DNA from: Archangium sp.
GTDB lineage: Bacteria > Myxococcota > Myxococcia > Myxococcales > Myxococcaceae
Direction of reading: 5' to 3'
Length of the DNA: 64,000 nucleotides
Assembly: GCF_045802675.1 (NCBI RefSeq)
Contig: NZ_JBJMQO010000130.1
Coordinates: 22,550-86,549, forward strand
Notes under the pieces: generated by a model
What the model saw: only the letters and a program-made list of their open reading frames with translations
Told to the model about the DNA's origin: nothing
Databases searched by the model: none
Translations under genes and position numbers: made by a program
Shown: in pieces, positions 1 to 10,096 of the stretch
How positions within the stretch are numbered: the stretch's first letter is position 1
Layout: every line of letters starts with the position of its first letter

Positions 1-326
1 CGTGGCTGGAGCTCGGGCATCAGCACGAGTGGATTCAGCGGCTGGACGAGCTGGCGCGGATGAATCCCCGCCAGGTGCACCCGGGGCGGGGCGAGTCCGC
101 GGGTCCGGAGTTGCTGACGCGGCAGCGGGCCTACCTGGAGAAGGTCATCGAGCTGGTGCGGGCCCTGAATCCCACGCTGCCGGTGCGGGACGAGGCGGTG
201 GCCGAGGCCGTGCAGAAGGTGAAGGCGGCCTACCCGGAGCTGAGCCTCGAGGTGTTCCTCCGCGTGGGCATGCCCGAGGTGTACCGGCGCGAGGCGGAGC
301 TGCGCGCGAACGCGGCCGGTCACTGA
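1..326 (+). CDS. MBL-fold metallo-hydrolase, C-terminal part (5'-truncated by window edge)
   Basis: The frame of ORF 60..326 is open back to the window start: WLELGHQHEWIQRLDELARMNPRQVHPGRG...LLTRQRAYL. This resembles the C-terminal W..LD.L....P..V.PG(H/R)G pattern of MBL-fold proteins. Confidence 0.6.
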   Translation, partial: WLELGHQHEWIQRLDELARMNPRQVHPGRGESAGPELLTRQRAYLEKVIELVRALNPTLPVRDEAVAEAVQKVKAAYPELSLEVFLRVGMPEVYRREAELRANAAGH

Positions 327-397
327 GTGCGTCGCTCGGGGACCATGACAGGAGGCGGGCAGGGTGTTACGCCCGTGGCCTTCGAGGTCGAGAGCGA

Positions 398-883
398 ATG
401 CGCCAGGAGAAGTTCGCGACAGCGGTAGAGGCCGGTCACAAGGGTCTGGTCTACATCCGGATTCCGTTCGATCCGTCGGTGACGTGGGATGTACGGACCC
501 GCCACTTCGTCCGGGGCCGCCTGAACGGATGCTCCTTCGAGGGGGAGATCGGCTTCCGACGGAGGAAGTTCTACATGCTCCTGGACGAGGAGCTTCAGCG
601 GGCGGCGAAGCTGTCACCGGGCGACACCGTCGAGGCCGCCATGGAACCGCGCGAGCCGGGGGAGGAGGAATCCTCATCCAAACCCGGCCTGGCGTGGGGC
701 CGGCTCGCCAGCGGTGCGGCGCCGCGTCCACGGGCCAAGAGCGCCACTCGTGCGGTCACGGCCGCGAAGAAGCCCGTCAGGGCGGCCACGAAGAAGAAGG
801 CCACCCGGAAGGAGGCGCAATCCGCACCTGCTCCCGCCCGAAAGAAGCCTCCGGCGCGCAAGCGGGTCGTGAAGAAGACATAG
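398..883 (+). CDS. DUF1905-like protein with Lys/Ala-rich tail
   Basis: ATG at 398; YIRIPFD..W...RHFVRGRLNG..FEG pattern; C-terminal K/A/P-rich low-complexity tail. Confidence 0.65.
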   Translation: MRQEKFATAVEAGHKGLVYIRIPFDPSVTWDVRTRHFVRGRLNGCSFEGEIGFRRRKFYMLLDEELQRAAKLSPGDTVEAAMEPREPGEEESSSKPGLAWGRLASGAAPRPRAKSATRAVTAAKKPVRAATKKKATRKEAQSAPAPARKKPPARKRVVKKT

Positions 884-901
884 GCCCGGGAGCCCTCCGG
901 C

Positions 902-952
902 CGCGTTTTTCGCGGACTGGTACGACCATCGGACCAGTTGCGGGAAAACGCG
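902..952. terminator. Imperfect hairpin between convergent genes, probable terminator
   Basis: CGCGTTTT..ACTGGT / ACCAGT..AAAACGCG inverted repeat between the stops at 883 (+) and 993 (-). Confidence 0.5.
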
Positions 953-992
953 CCGGGGGGGGTGCCGTCTCCCGCTGGGGTTCTCCAACCGC

Positions 993-1757
993 TCAGTGCT
1001 CGGTGCGGCCCTCCTGGCTCTGCTTGTAGACGGAGAGCCGCGTGGCGTGCAGGAAACCGCGGGGGATGATGCCGAGCCCGTCCCGGAAGGGATTGAAGCG
1101 CAGCCGCTCGGGGTCCAACCGCACCTCGTCCCGCAGGAAGAGGTCCGCCAGTGGCGTCCAGGTGTGCGGCAGCCCGTGCTCCCTCGGCAATATCTCGAAG
1201 GTGAGCAGGGCGCGGCCCTCGAAGATGGCGTCCCTCAACCGTTGCACCCGCGAGCCGTGCCGCTGGGGCATGCCTCGCAGCGTGGTGAGCCGCAGCTTCG
1301 CCCTCCCAATCCCTTGCACCGTGAAGGGCGCCAGGCCGTAGTAGTCGTTCTGGAGCCAGTCGTGCACGTGCGTGGAGAGGAACGCGGGCGCCAGCGTCCA
1401 CACGTGGCGCAGGGTGGCGAAGAGCACGTCCTGGTCCCCGGGCGCCGCCTCCGCGGTAATCCGTGAGTCGCGCCGGAAGCGCACCGAGGCCCCGAGAATG
1501 TCCGGCCACTCGCGTCCGCCCCGCCACGTTGCCGTGGAGAGCCGCACCAGCGCCGGACCCGCGAGGCGCTCGGCCACGGCCGTGAAGGGGGGATCCGTCT
1601 GTATCGGCACGACTTCGGCCAGCAGGCAGATGCCCTCGGCGTGCAGCGACCGGGCGTGCCTCCGCTCCGAGATGGCTCGGAAGGGCGGCCCTCCCAGCGT
1701 CCCCACTGCCCGTCCGACCGTCTCCAGCAGGCCCATGCGCACCACCTCCGGGAGCAC
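993..1757 (-). CDS. Catalase-related protein (catalase-like fold)
   Basis: RSLHAEG, VRLS, PDILG.SVRF, DQDVLFAT, LRFNPF motifs typical of small catalase-related proteins; start may be 1736. Confidence 0.55.
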   Translation of the reverse strand: MLPEVVRMGLLETVGRAVGTLGGPPFRAISERRHARSLHAEGICLLAEVVPIQTDPPFTAVAERLAGPALVRLSTATWRGGREWPDILGASVRFRRDSRITAEAAPGDQDVLFATLRHVWTLAPAFLSTHVHDWLQNDYYGLAPFTVQGIGRAKLRLTTLRGMPQRHGSRVQRLRDAIFEGRALLTFEILPREHGLPHTWTPLADLFLRDEVRLDPERLRFNPFRDGLGIIPRGFLHATRLSVYKQSQEGRTEH

Positions 1758-1847
1758 AGGGTGGGGTGCCCCCGGCTCCTCCGCCCAATTCCGGCTCCCC
1801 GTCCGGACGCAGGGCGAGCGGGGGAGCGGCTTCGCGCTGGCTCCGCC

Positions 1848-2534
1848 CTACTCCAGGGCCGCCCAGAGGCCGTCGAAGGCCCGGCAGAAGGGGAGCACCA
1901 GCCGCGGGTCGTCCGACACGAGCACGTTCTCGTGATTCACGTCCGCCGCCGCGCGCGTCCAGTTGTAGCTGCCGGTGAGCAGGCGCATCCGGTCGAACAC
2001 GGCGAACTTGTGGTGCATGTGCGCCTCCGTCCGGTCCACCCGGACGGCCACGCCCTCCCGCCGCAGCCGGTGGATGTCCGAGCCCGGGTCCATCGCCTTG
2101 TCCCCGTCCGACACCACCCGCAGCCGCACGCCCCGCGCGTGGGCCTCCAGCAGGGCCCGCGCAATCCGGTCATCCGTCAGGGTGAAGACACACACGTCCG
2201 CGCTGCCCCGGGCCTCGCCGATGAGCCGCACGATGGCCCGCAGGGGCTCCTCCCCGGGGCTGAACCAGGCCTCCACCCGGCTCGTCTCCCGCAGCTCCCG
2301 CGAGGGCAACAGCGCCTTCACCGTGTCCTCCAGCCAGCAGATGACCTCCCGGGCCCGGGGGTCCGTTACCGAGCCGCGCGCCAGCTCGAAGGCCCGCGAG
2401 CGGAACAGGGCCAGCACCGCCTCCCCGGCCTTGCGGTCGTCGAGGACGGCCTGGAGCGCCTGGCGCTCGGTGCGGCTGAGGGTCCGGTCCTCCAGCGTGG
2501 CGGCGAGGATGGCGTCGATGTCGGAGGCGTTCAT
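1848..2534 (-). CDS. Phospholipase D-like nuclease (single HKD, Nuc/Zucchini-like)
   Basis: HMHHKFAVFD...LTGSYNWT...NHEN motif; start MNASDID at 2534. Confidence 0.85.
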   Translation of the reverse strand: MNASDIDAILAATLEDRTLSRTERQALQAVLDDRKAGEAVLALFRSRAFELARGSVTDPRAREVICWLEDTVKALLPSRELRETSRVEAWFSPGEEPLRAIVRLIGEARGSADVCVFTLTDDRIARALLEAHARGVRLRVVSDGDKAMDPGSDIHRLRREGVAVRVDRTEAHMHHKFAVFDRMRLLTGSYNWTRAAADVNHENVLVSDDPRLVLPFCRAFDGLWAALE

Positions 2535-2630
2535 GGGCTCACCCGGGAAGGGCCCCGAGCGTAACCTGGAGCACGAATCGGAAAGAACGGAGGGGCGCCC
2601 GGCCGGAGGGCGCATTAGTGTTGGGGGGCC

Positions 2631-3245
<615 letters not shown>

Positions 3246-3388
3246 GCCGCCGCACCTCGCCACTTTCGCGCGCAAGCGCCGCGGCCCGGGATTCCCACGG
3301 CTGCAACGCTTGCGTGCCGGGCTTTGGGGCTCTCGTCGCGTCGCGAGGGAGCCCCCCGTGGCACGGACCGTGCTCATTTTCAAGCTGT

Positions 3389-3746
3389 CATGGTCCCTCT
3401 TCGCTCCGCCCTCGCCCTCATCGTCTCCTCCGCCCTCCTCGGCAGCGCCTGCACCGGTCCGACCCAGGAGGGGCGCATGGTCCCGGAGTCCTCCCACACC
3501 GTCCAGAACGAGCTGGGCTACACCGACGTCGTCAAGCTCAGTCAGGACTATGCCCTCACCTCGGGCTACGAGGTGACGGAGGTGGCCGAGGCCGTGCAGG
3601 TGCGCCCCAACTACTGGCGCATCCGCTTCGGCCTGGCGCCCGAGGGCTCGGGGAAGATGCTGGACGTGGACTTCGACCAGACCCAGGGCCGCGTCGTGGG
3701 CACCACCGTGGTGGGCAGCGAGGCGGCGGGCCGGGGGGTGCGGTAG
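3389..3746 (+). CDS. PepSY-like lipoprotein
   Basis: Signal peptide with GSAC lipobox; short alpha/beta domain similar to 57873..58298. Confidence 0.6.
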
Positions 3747-3755
3747 GCCGTCCGC

Positions 3756-4763
3756 TCAGGGCACGGCCGACAGGAAGCGCGTCACGTCCTGCTCGAAGCG
3801 GTCCGCCTCCTCCAGGTAGGGGAAGTGCCCGCTCTGCTCGTACTCGAGGAAGGTGGCGTGCGGCAGCGTCGTCGCCAGGGCCTTCATGCTCTCCAGGCCG
3901 ATGGAGTTGTCGTACCGGCCGCCCACGACGAGCACCGGCGCGGAGACGCGCTCCGGGGCGGAGAAGCGGTAGTTGGGCAGCTCGGTGGAGAAGAGGGCCC
4001 GGGACATCTCCCCCGTGTTGCGCAGGCCGCTCTCCGCGTCCACCGCCTCCTGCATCTGGAGGGACGTGGTGTTGTGGAATTGCAGCTGGTTGAAGAAGGC
4101 CTGCGCGTCCACGCCCCGCAGCGCCCGCATCACCCGCGCGTAGTCCGAGGTGTCCTTGTCCTCCGCGGGGGTGGCCGGGGCCGAAGCCAGACGCTCGGGG
4201 TACAGGCGCTCGAGCTCGCGCTTCCAGGTGGCGAAGGAGCTCGCCGCGTCGGAGAAGCCGCTCACGTACACCACGCCCGCCACGTGCTCGGGGTAGCGCG
4301 CCGCGTACTCCAGCGCGAGCGTGCCGCCGAAGGAGTGGCCCATCAGCACCCAGCGCTCCAGGCCCAGGTCCTGACGCAGCGCCTCGAGGTCCGCCACCAG
4401 CACCTCCAGCGAGTAGCGGGCGTCCCACGGGCGCTCGGAGCGGCCGCAGCCGCGCTGGTCGAGGTACACCATGCGCCGCTTCTTCTCCAGGCGCGGGCCC
4501 ATTAGGCGGGCGAAGCTGTAGCTGTTGTAGCCGGGGCCCCCGTGGAGGAAGAGCACCGGGGCGCGCTCCGCCGGTGCCTCGCCGGCGATGCGGTAGTACA
4601 GCCTCACCCCATTGAGGACGCGCTGGTGCTCGCCCGCGGCCAGCGGCGGCTCGGTGTTGAGGGCGAGCGGCGCGTGGTGCGTACAGGCGGCCACCAGCGC
4701 GCACAGGACGGCACAACCCAGGAGTCCAAGACGCGAGGTTCGCATGGCCCGTATGTGTGTCAT
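3756..4763 (-). CDS. Alpha/beta hydrolase (proline iminopeptidase-like) lipoprotein
   Basis: HGGPG, DQRGCGRS, GHSFGG nucleophile elbow, SGH catalytic His; VAAC lipobox. Confidence 0.9.
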   Translation of the reverse strand: MTHIRAMRTSRLGLLGCAVLCALVAACTHHAPLALNTEPPLAAGEHQRVLNGVRLYYRIAGEAPAERAPVLFLHGGPGYNSYSFARLMGPRLEKKRRMVYLDQRGCGRSERPWDARYSLEVLVADLEALRQDLGLERWVLMGHSFGGTLALEYAARYPEHVAGVVYVSGFSDAASSFATWKRELERLYPERLASAPATPAEDKDTSDYARVMRALRGVDAQAFFNQLQFHNTTSLQMQEAVDAESGLRNTGEMSRALFSTELPNYRFSAPERVSAPVLVVGGRYDNSIGLESMKALATTLPHATFLEYEQSGHFPYLEEADRFEQDVTRFLSAVP

Positions 4764-4835
4764 CTCCGGCCCCGGGTTGCCCGTGCCACGGGCGGCAAGT
4801 GTCGCCCGCTGTCCGGCGCGACTGTCGGGTGGTGG

Positions 4836-6548
4836 CTATTCCGTCCGGGTGATGCGGTTCGTCTCCGGCGGGGCGAGCGGGGAGTGCGTCTTCAGGTACG
4901 CCTCCAGTGCGTCCAGGTCCACCGGGCCGCCGCGGCGCTCGGTGCCCTCGGCGAGCACGCGGAAGCCGTCGCCGCCGCCCGCGAGGAAGTTGTTCACCGT
5001 CACGCGGTAGCGGCCCGCCGGGTCCACCGGCGCGCCGTTGAGCCGGAGGCTGGCCGGGTCCACCTTCTGGCCCACGGGTGCCGAGGCCTTCCACGTATAG
5101 GAGAAGCCCCGCGAGGGCTGGAGGATGCGCACGGTGTTGCCCTCCCACTGCGCCTCCAGCAGCGAGTGCAGCTGCGCGCCGGTGAGCGTGAGCGTCACCA
5201 GTGAGTTGCCGAAGGGCTGGATGGTGAAGGACTCGCCGTAGGTGACGTCGCCCGCGTCGAGGTCCGCGCGGACGCCGCCCGGGTTCATGAAGGCCACCTG
5301 GGCGCCCGCGTCCTTCGTCGCCTCGAGCTGCGAGTCGGCGATCAGATTGCCCAGCGTGGACTCGCCCGAGGGCCAACGCCGGGCGCCCGGCTGCTGGAGC
5401 GGTGCCGTCACCTTGCCGAGGACGCGGTCGCGCAGCGGGGCGGCCAGCCTGTCGTAGCGCTCCACCAGCGCCTGCACGTCGGGCACGCCCTCCACGTCCT
5501 GGGTGACGAGCACGTTGTGCGCGGAGCTGCCCACCACGTCGCCGGTGGAGGTGTCCAGCACGAGCTCCAGGTCGGTGATGACGCGCCCATAGGAGGCCGC
5601 GCTGGTGACGGGCTTGCCGTCGATGACGCAGTTGTAGGCCTGGTGGGTGTGGCCGCTGATGACGGCGTCCACCTCGGGGTCGAACCGGTGGACGATGTCC
5701 ACGATGGCGCCGGAGATGCCCTCGCACCCGTCATACGGGCCCGGCGCGGGGTTCTGCGCGGCGCCTTCGTGAATCAGCACCACGATGGCGCGGATGCCCT
5801 GCCGTTTCAGCTCGGGGACGAGCGCGTTGACCGTGTCGGCCTCGTCGCGGAACTGGTAGCCCTGGATGCCCGCGGCCTCGACGATCTCCGGCGTGCCCTC
5901 GAGCGTCATGCCGATGAAGGCCACCTTCACGCCCCCGAGCTCGCGCACCGCGTAGGCCGGGAAGAGCGTGTGGCCCTGGGCGTCCACAACGTTGGCGGAG
6001 AGGTACTGGAAGCGCGCCCCCTCGAAGGGCGTGCCGTCCTGGCAGCCGTCCACCGGGTGGCAGCCTCCGGTCTGCATGCGCCGCAGCTCGGTGGTGCCCT
6101 CGTCGAACTCGTGGTTGCCCACGGAGGTGAGATTCAGCCCCGCGAGGTTCATCGCCTCGATGGTGGGCTCGTCGTGGAAGAGCGCGGAGACGAGCGGGCT
6201 GGCCCCGATGAGGTCTCCCGCCGCCACCACCAGGGTGTTTTGCGGATCCCGGGCGCGCAGCTCGGCCAGATGGCGGGCGAGGAAGCTCGCGCCGCCCACC
6301 TTCACCTTCTGGGCGCTGCCGTCGGGGTTGGTGCCGGTGCGGATTTCTCCGGAGGAGCCCTGGGGCGGCAGGAGGTTCCCGTGGAAGTCATTGATGGCCA
6401 GCAGGCGCGCATGGACCTGGCGGGGCGTTGTGCCCCGTGCCGTCGCTGTGCCCGGGCCCGGGCCCGGGTGGGCGCAGGCGGCGAGGAGCGTGGTGGCGAG
6501 CAGGAGCGCGTGGAGCGGCGAGGGCCGGGACGGCGAGGGAGGGTGCAT
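4836..6548 (-). CDS. Bifunctional metallophosphatase/5'-nucleotidase lipoprotein
   Basis: NDFHG, AGD, GNHEFD, SGHTH, NPGGVR motifs; LAAC lipobox. Confidence 0.93.
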   Translation of the reverse strand: MHPPSPSRPSPLHALLLATTLLAACAHPGPGPGTATARGTTPRQVHARLLAINDFHGNLLPPQGSSGEIRTGTNPDGSAQKVKVGGASFLARHLAELRARDPQNTLVVAAGDLIGASPLVSALFHDEPTIEAMNLAGLNLTSVGNHEFDEGTTELRRMQTGGCHPVDGCQDGTPFEGARFQYLSANVVDAQGHTLFPAYAVRELGGVKVAFIGMTLEGTPEIVEAAGIQGYQFRDEADTVNALVPELKRQGIRAIVVLIHEGAAQNPAPGPYDGCEGISGAIVDIVHRFDPEVDAVISGHTHQAYNCVIDGKPVTSAASYGRVITDLELVLDTSTGDVVGSSAHNVLVTQDVEGVPDVQALVERYDRLAAPLRDRVLGKVTAPLQQPGARRWPSGESTLGNLIADSQLEATKDAGAQVAFMNPGGVRADLDAGDVTYGESFTIQPFGNSLVTLTLTGAQLHSLLEAQWEGNTVRILQPSRGFSYTWKASAPVGQKVDPASLRLNGAPVDPAGRYRVTVNNFLAGGGDGFRVLAEGTERRGGPVDLDALEAYLKTHSPLAPPETNRITRTE

Positions 6549-6620
6549 GCGGGGGTTCCTATCACCCTCACCCCGTGCGTTGGCGCGTGCGTGCGAGTTC
6601 GCCCTAAGCTTCGGAGGACC

Positions 6621-8444
6621 GTGAAGGGAAACGTCATGTGGGCCCGCTCGTACACAGTCCGCGCGCTCTTCGCGGTGGGGTTCCTGCTCCTTTTCTACAC
6701 GGTGACGCTGGGCGTGGCGCTCGGGCTGCTGGCCCTCCCGTTCTTCCTGGACACGACGCACCGCTTCCATGCGCTGTTCTCCGCGCTGTGCCTCGCGGGC
6801 GCGGGGGCCATCCTCTGGAGCCTGCTGCCGCAGCGCGAGCGCTTCGTTCCCCCCGGCCCCCGGCTCACCGCGGACGAGCACCCGCGGCTGTTCGCCACCC
6901 TCCAGGACGTGGCCGGGCGCATGGACATGGCGCTGCCCGCGGAGGTGTACCTCGTCGAGGACGTCAACGCGTACGTGTCCCAGGTGGGCGGCTTCCTCGG
7001 CTTCGGCGGCCGGCGGATTCTCTGCATCGGCCTGGGGCTGCTGGCGGTGGATGACCTCTCGCAGTTCCGCGCCGCCGTGGCGCACGAGCTCGGGCACTTC
7101 AAGGGCGGGGAGACGAAGCTGGCGGGGCTCGTCTACTCCACGCGCTCGGCGATGAGCCGCGCCCTGGCGTTGCTCGGCCAGCACGAGCTGCCGCTGCGCA
7201 AGCCCTTTACCTGGGTGCCCAAGCTCTTCCTGCGCATCACCCAGTCCATCTCCCGGCAGCAGGAGCTGGTGGCGGACGAGTGGAGCCTGCGCATCGCCGG
7301 CAAGCGGGCGCACGTCTCCGGCCTGCGCTGCGAGGCGCTCCACGCCCAGGGCTACCGCCGCTTCCTGGAGCACGAGGTGTACCCGCTGGCGCACCGGGAC
7401 GTGGTGCCGGACAACCTCTTCGAGGGCTTCCGCCGCTACCTCGCGAGCCCCGCCTGGGAGGAGGCCCGGTGCGAGCTGGCTGGGGCCGGGCCCGCGCGCG
7501 ACGCCCGGCCCTACGACTCGCACCCGGGCATGGAGGAGCGCATCGCCTTCGCGGAGGCGGTGCGGGTGCCGGACGTGCCCGAGGACCCGACGCCCGCGTA
7601 CACGCTGCTCTCGGACGCGGAGGCGCTGGAGCGGCGCTTCACCGCGGAGCTGTGGCCGAACGCGGTGGAGCTGGTGCCCTGGGCCGAGGCCGGCGCGCGC
7701 TGGAGCGTGCTGTGGAACGAGACGGCCACGCGGGTGCAGGCGCGGGTGCCGGACTTCTCGCTGGCGCGGGTGCCGGGGCTGCTGAAGGACGCCGCCGCGC
7801 GCGAGGCCTTCGCGGAGGTCATCGACCCGCGGCTGGTGGGCTACCGGGCGCCGGACCGCGACGAGCGGGTGCACGAGGTGGTGAGCCACGCGGTGAGCGC
7901 GTACGTGGCGAGCATCCTCGGCCGGCACGGCATGACGTGGCGGACGTCCCCCGGCGAGCCGCTGACGTTGGAGCGCGACGGGGAGCGGGTGGAGCCCACG
8001 GCCCTGGTGGAGGGACTGCTCGCGGGGACGCTCGGGCCCGAGGCGCTGGAGCGCCTGCGCGAGCGGCTCGGGGTGGCACCCGGGGCCACGTGGAGCGTGC
8101 GCGAGGAGGAGCGGGCGAGGGCGCTCGCGCCGCTGGCGGTGGTGACGGTGCTGCGGGTGGGGGACGTGGTGACGGTGCGCGCCCCCTTCGAGCGCATGGG
8201 CCTGCCGCTGTGCTGCGCGCTGTGCCGGGGCACCCTCGCCCGCCACGTGGAGACGCGCTTCCACGTGGGTGGCGTGATGCGGGATGACGGCGACGTCACC
8301 ATCCAGGTGCCCGTCTGCGAGGCCCATGCGCGCCAGGCGCACAAGGCCTTCAAGGTGCGCCACTACGACGAGGAGTCGGACCTCATCACGCTCGAGGTGC
8401 CCGGCCCCGAGTACGCCGAGCTCGTCCAGCGCAGCAACGCCTGA
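6621..8444 (+). CDS. M48 (HtpX/Ste24-like) membrane zinc metalloprotease with long C-terminal extension
   Basis: GGAGG RBS before GTG 6621; N-terminal TMs; AHELGH, QELVAD, SHP motifs; C-terminal CxxC...CxxH. Confidence 0.85.
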   Translation: MKGNVMWARSYTVRALFAVGFLLLFYTVTLGVALGLLALPFFLDTTHRFHALFSALCLAGAGAILWSLLPQRERFVPPGPRLTADEHPRLFATLQDVAGRMDMALPAEVYLVEDVNAYVSQVGGFLGFGGRRILCIGLGLLAVDDLSQFRAAVAHELGHFKGGETKLAGLVYSTRSAMSRALALLGQHELPLRKPFTWVPKLFLRITQSISRQQELVADEWSLRIAGKRAHVSGLRCEALHAQGYRRFLEHEVYPLAHRDVVPDNLFEGFRRYLASPAWEEARCELAGAGPARDARPYDSHPGMEERIAFAEAVRVPDVPEDPTPAYTLLSDAEALERRFTAELWPNAVELVPWAEAGARWSVLWNETATRVQARVPDFSLARVPGLLKDAAAREAFAEVIDPRLVGYRAPDRDERVHEVVSHAVSAYVASILGRHGMTWRTSPGEPLTLERDGERVEPTALVEGLLAGTLGPEALERLRERLGVAPGATWSVREEERARALAPLAVVTVLRVGDVVTVRAPFERMGLPLCCALCRGTLARHVETRFHVGGVMRDDGDVTIQVPVCEAHARQAHKAFKVRHYDEESDLITLEVPGPEYAELVQRSNA

Positions 8445-8450
8445 GCACCG

Positions 8451-9641
8451 TCAGTGCACCCGGCTCCCGGGCGGCGGCGTCACCGGAGGCGAGAGCTGCT
8501 CGCGCGACACCGTCTCGTTGCCCGTGGCCTTGCCCAGCTCGATGAGCGACTTGAAGCGCAGCAGGTCATCGTCCATCTGCCGCTTGGGGTCCGCTCCCAG
8601 CAGCCGGGCGAAGGCGTGGCCGAGCGCGCCCGCGGGCGGGTTGTAGGACATGCGGATGTCCAGCCGCGTGGAGCGCCCGCCGTGGAAGGGCTCGAAGTGG
8701 ATGATGCCCGCGTTCTCCACCGTGGAGCCCTCCACGCTCTTCCAGGCGAGCACCTGGTTGGGGATGAGCCGGGTGATGAGCGCGTCCCACTCGAAGGCCA
8801 TGCCCGCCGGGCCCCGCACCCGCCAGTGCGAGCGGTCCTCGCCACTGGTGCGCACCGACTCCACGTGGCTCATGAAGCGCGAGAAGTTCTCCATCGCCCG
8901 CCAGAAGGCGAACACCTCCTCCACCGGCGCGTGGACCATGATGTCCTTGTGGATTTCGATGGCCAGCCGCCCGCCACCCAGGCCCGTGAGACGCTTGAGC
9001 TCGATGTTGGTGATGCTGCGCAGGGTGAGCAGCGAGCCGAGGCACGTGGACACCACGCCGGGCACGCTCCGGTTCCTCGCGCCCCACGTGAGCAGGCTCG
9101 CGCCGCCGAGCCCCGCCACGAAGCGCGCCGCGGGAGACCAGTTGTGCTGGAGGAACTCGGGCCGGGCGCCGGGCCGTATCGCGCCTCCCTGCAACTCCGG
9201 GTGGCTGCCGGGTTGTTTGAAGACCTGTAGGTTGTCCGTCACGTCCAGCACGCCGCGCACCCGCCTCACGCGCGAGAGGATGCGAGGATGCTCGGCCTTG
9301 AGCGCGACGCCGTGCAGATGCACGCGGCCCTGCTCGACGTTCACGTGGATGGCAGCCGGGTGCGAGCACACGCGGCCCAGTGCCGAGCGGATGCGCGCCT
9401 CGATGGTCCGGTCGTCGACTTCCTCGCGGCGCACCCGGCCCATGGAGTTGAAGAAGAAGCCCCGGGTGCGGTGGACGAGATCCCTCGCCACCACGCCCGC
9501 CGCATCCCCCGCCGCGTGCACCACGTGAAGGGCCTTGTCCTGGGCCACGGCACGGCGGCGCCGCCCCGCGCGCGGATCCGACAGGTACATGACGCTCGCG
9601 CCCAACCCCATGCCCCCCACCAGCCACCAGGTAGCTCTCAT
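8451..9641 (-). CDS. BON + SRPBCC (cyclase/dehydrase) domain protein
   Basis: DDRTIEARIRSALG BON domain; PVEEVFAFW..ENFSRFM..SHW SRPBCC domain. Confidence 0.88.
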   Translation of the reverse strand: MRATWWLVGGMGLGASVMYLSDPRAGRRRRAVAQDKALHVVHAAGDAAGVVARDLVHRTRGFFFNSMGRVRREEVDDRTIEARIRSALGRVCSHPAAIHVNVEQGRVHLHGVALKAEHPRILSRVRRVRGVLDVTDNLQVFKQPGSHPELQGGAIRPGARPEFLQHNWSPAARFVAGLGGASLLTWGARNRSVPGVVSTCLGSLLTLRSITNIELKRLTGLGGGRLAIEIHKDIMVHAPVEEVFAFWRAMENFSRFMSHVESVRTSGEDRSHWRVRGPAGMAFEWDALITRLIPNQVLAWKSVEGSTVENAGIIHFEPFHGGRSTRLDIRMSYNPPAGALGHAFARLLGADPKRQMDDDLLRFKSLIELGKATGNETVSREQLSPPVTPPPGSRVH

Positions 9642-9787
9642 TTCCCTGCCCTCCTTGGAACTCCAGTGCCCCAAGCTGGGTCCGGGTAATCCGCTCGGCA
9701 GCAGGCGGGCGAGGGCTCTCCTCCCTGGCTGTCTCGTACCTGGACCCACCTGCATGCACAGATTGGTGGGACGAAGGAGGGGAGAGC

Positions 9788-10087
9788 ATGCCTGAACTGC
9801 CGCCGAACAGACCGGGAGGGCCGGTGAAGGAGCCGGAGCCGCGGACGTCGCCCCAGCGCGAGCCGGAGCCGCAACGTCCACCGGAAATCGAACCGCCCAC
9901 GCGGAGGCACGCGCCGGAGATTGAACCGCCCACGCGCCAGCCCCCGGAGATTGAACCGCCCTCGCGGCGCGAGCCCCCGATGGAGGAGCCCGGCCGTCAG
10001 ACGGAGCCGGAGAGCAATCCGCCGGGCATCCACGAGGCGCCGGACCCGTACCAGCAGCCGCCGGGGATACCGGGCATCATCGCCTGA
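9788..10087 (+). CDS. Small Pro/Glu-rich repeat protein
   Basis: Strong GGAGG/GGAG RBS; three PEIEPP repeats. Confidence 0.6.
   Translation: MPELPPNRPGGPVKEPEPRTSPQREPEPQRPPEIEPPTRRHAPEIEPPTRQPPEIEPPSRREPPMEEPGRQTEPESNPPGIHEAPDPYQQPPGIPGIIA
9881..9966 (+). repeat. Three ~23-nt in-frame coding repeats (CCGGAGATTGAACCGCCC..CGCG)
   Basis: Units start at 9881, 9914 and 9944 (spacing 33 and 30 nt). Confidence 0.8.
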
Positions 10088-10096
10088 GAGCCGTCC

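Noticed and set aside
4836-8444. Apparent massive overlap of 1175-aa (-) and 975-aa (+) ORFs
   Set aside because: The real genes are divergent from starts at 6548 and 6621; the extensions are each other's shadows.
9881-9966. Short direct repeats as a mini CRISPR array
   Set aside because: Spacing is 30-33 nt and in frame, the spacers are under 12 nt, they encode PEIEPP repeats, and no cas genes are present.
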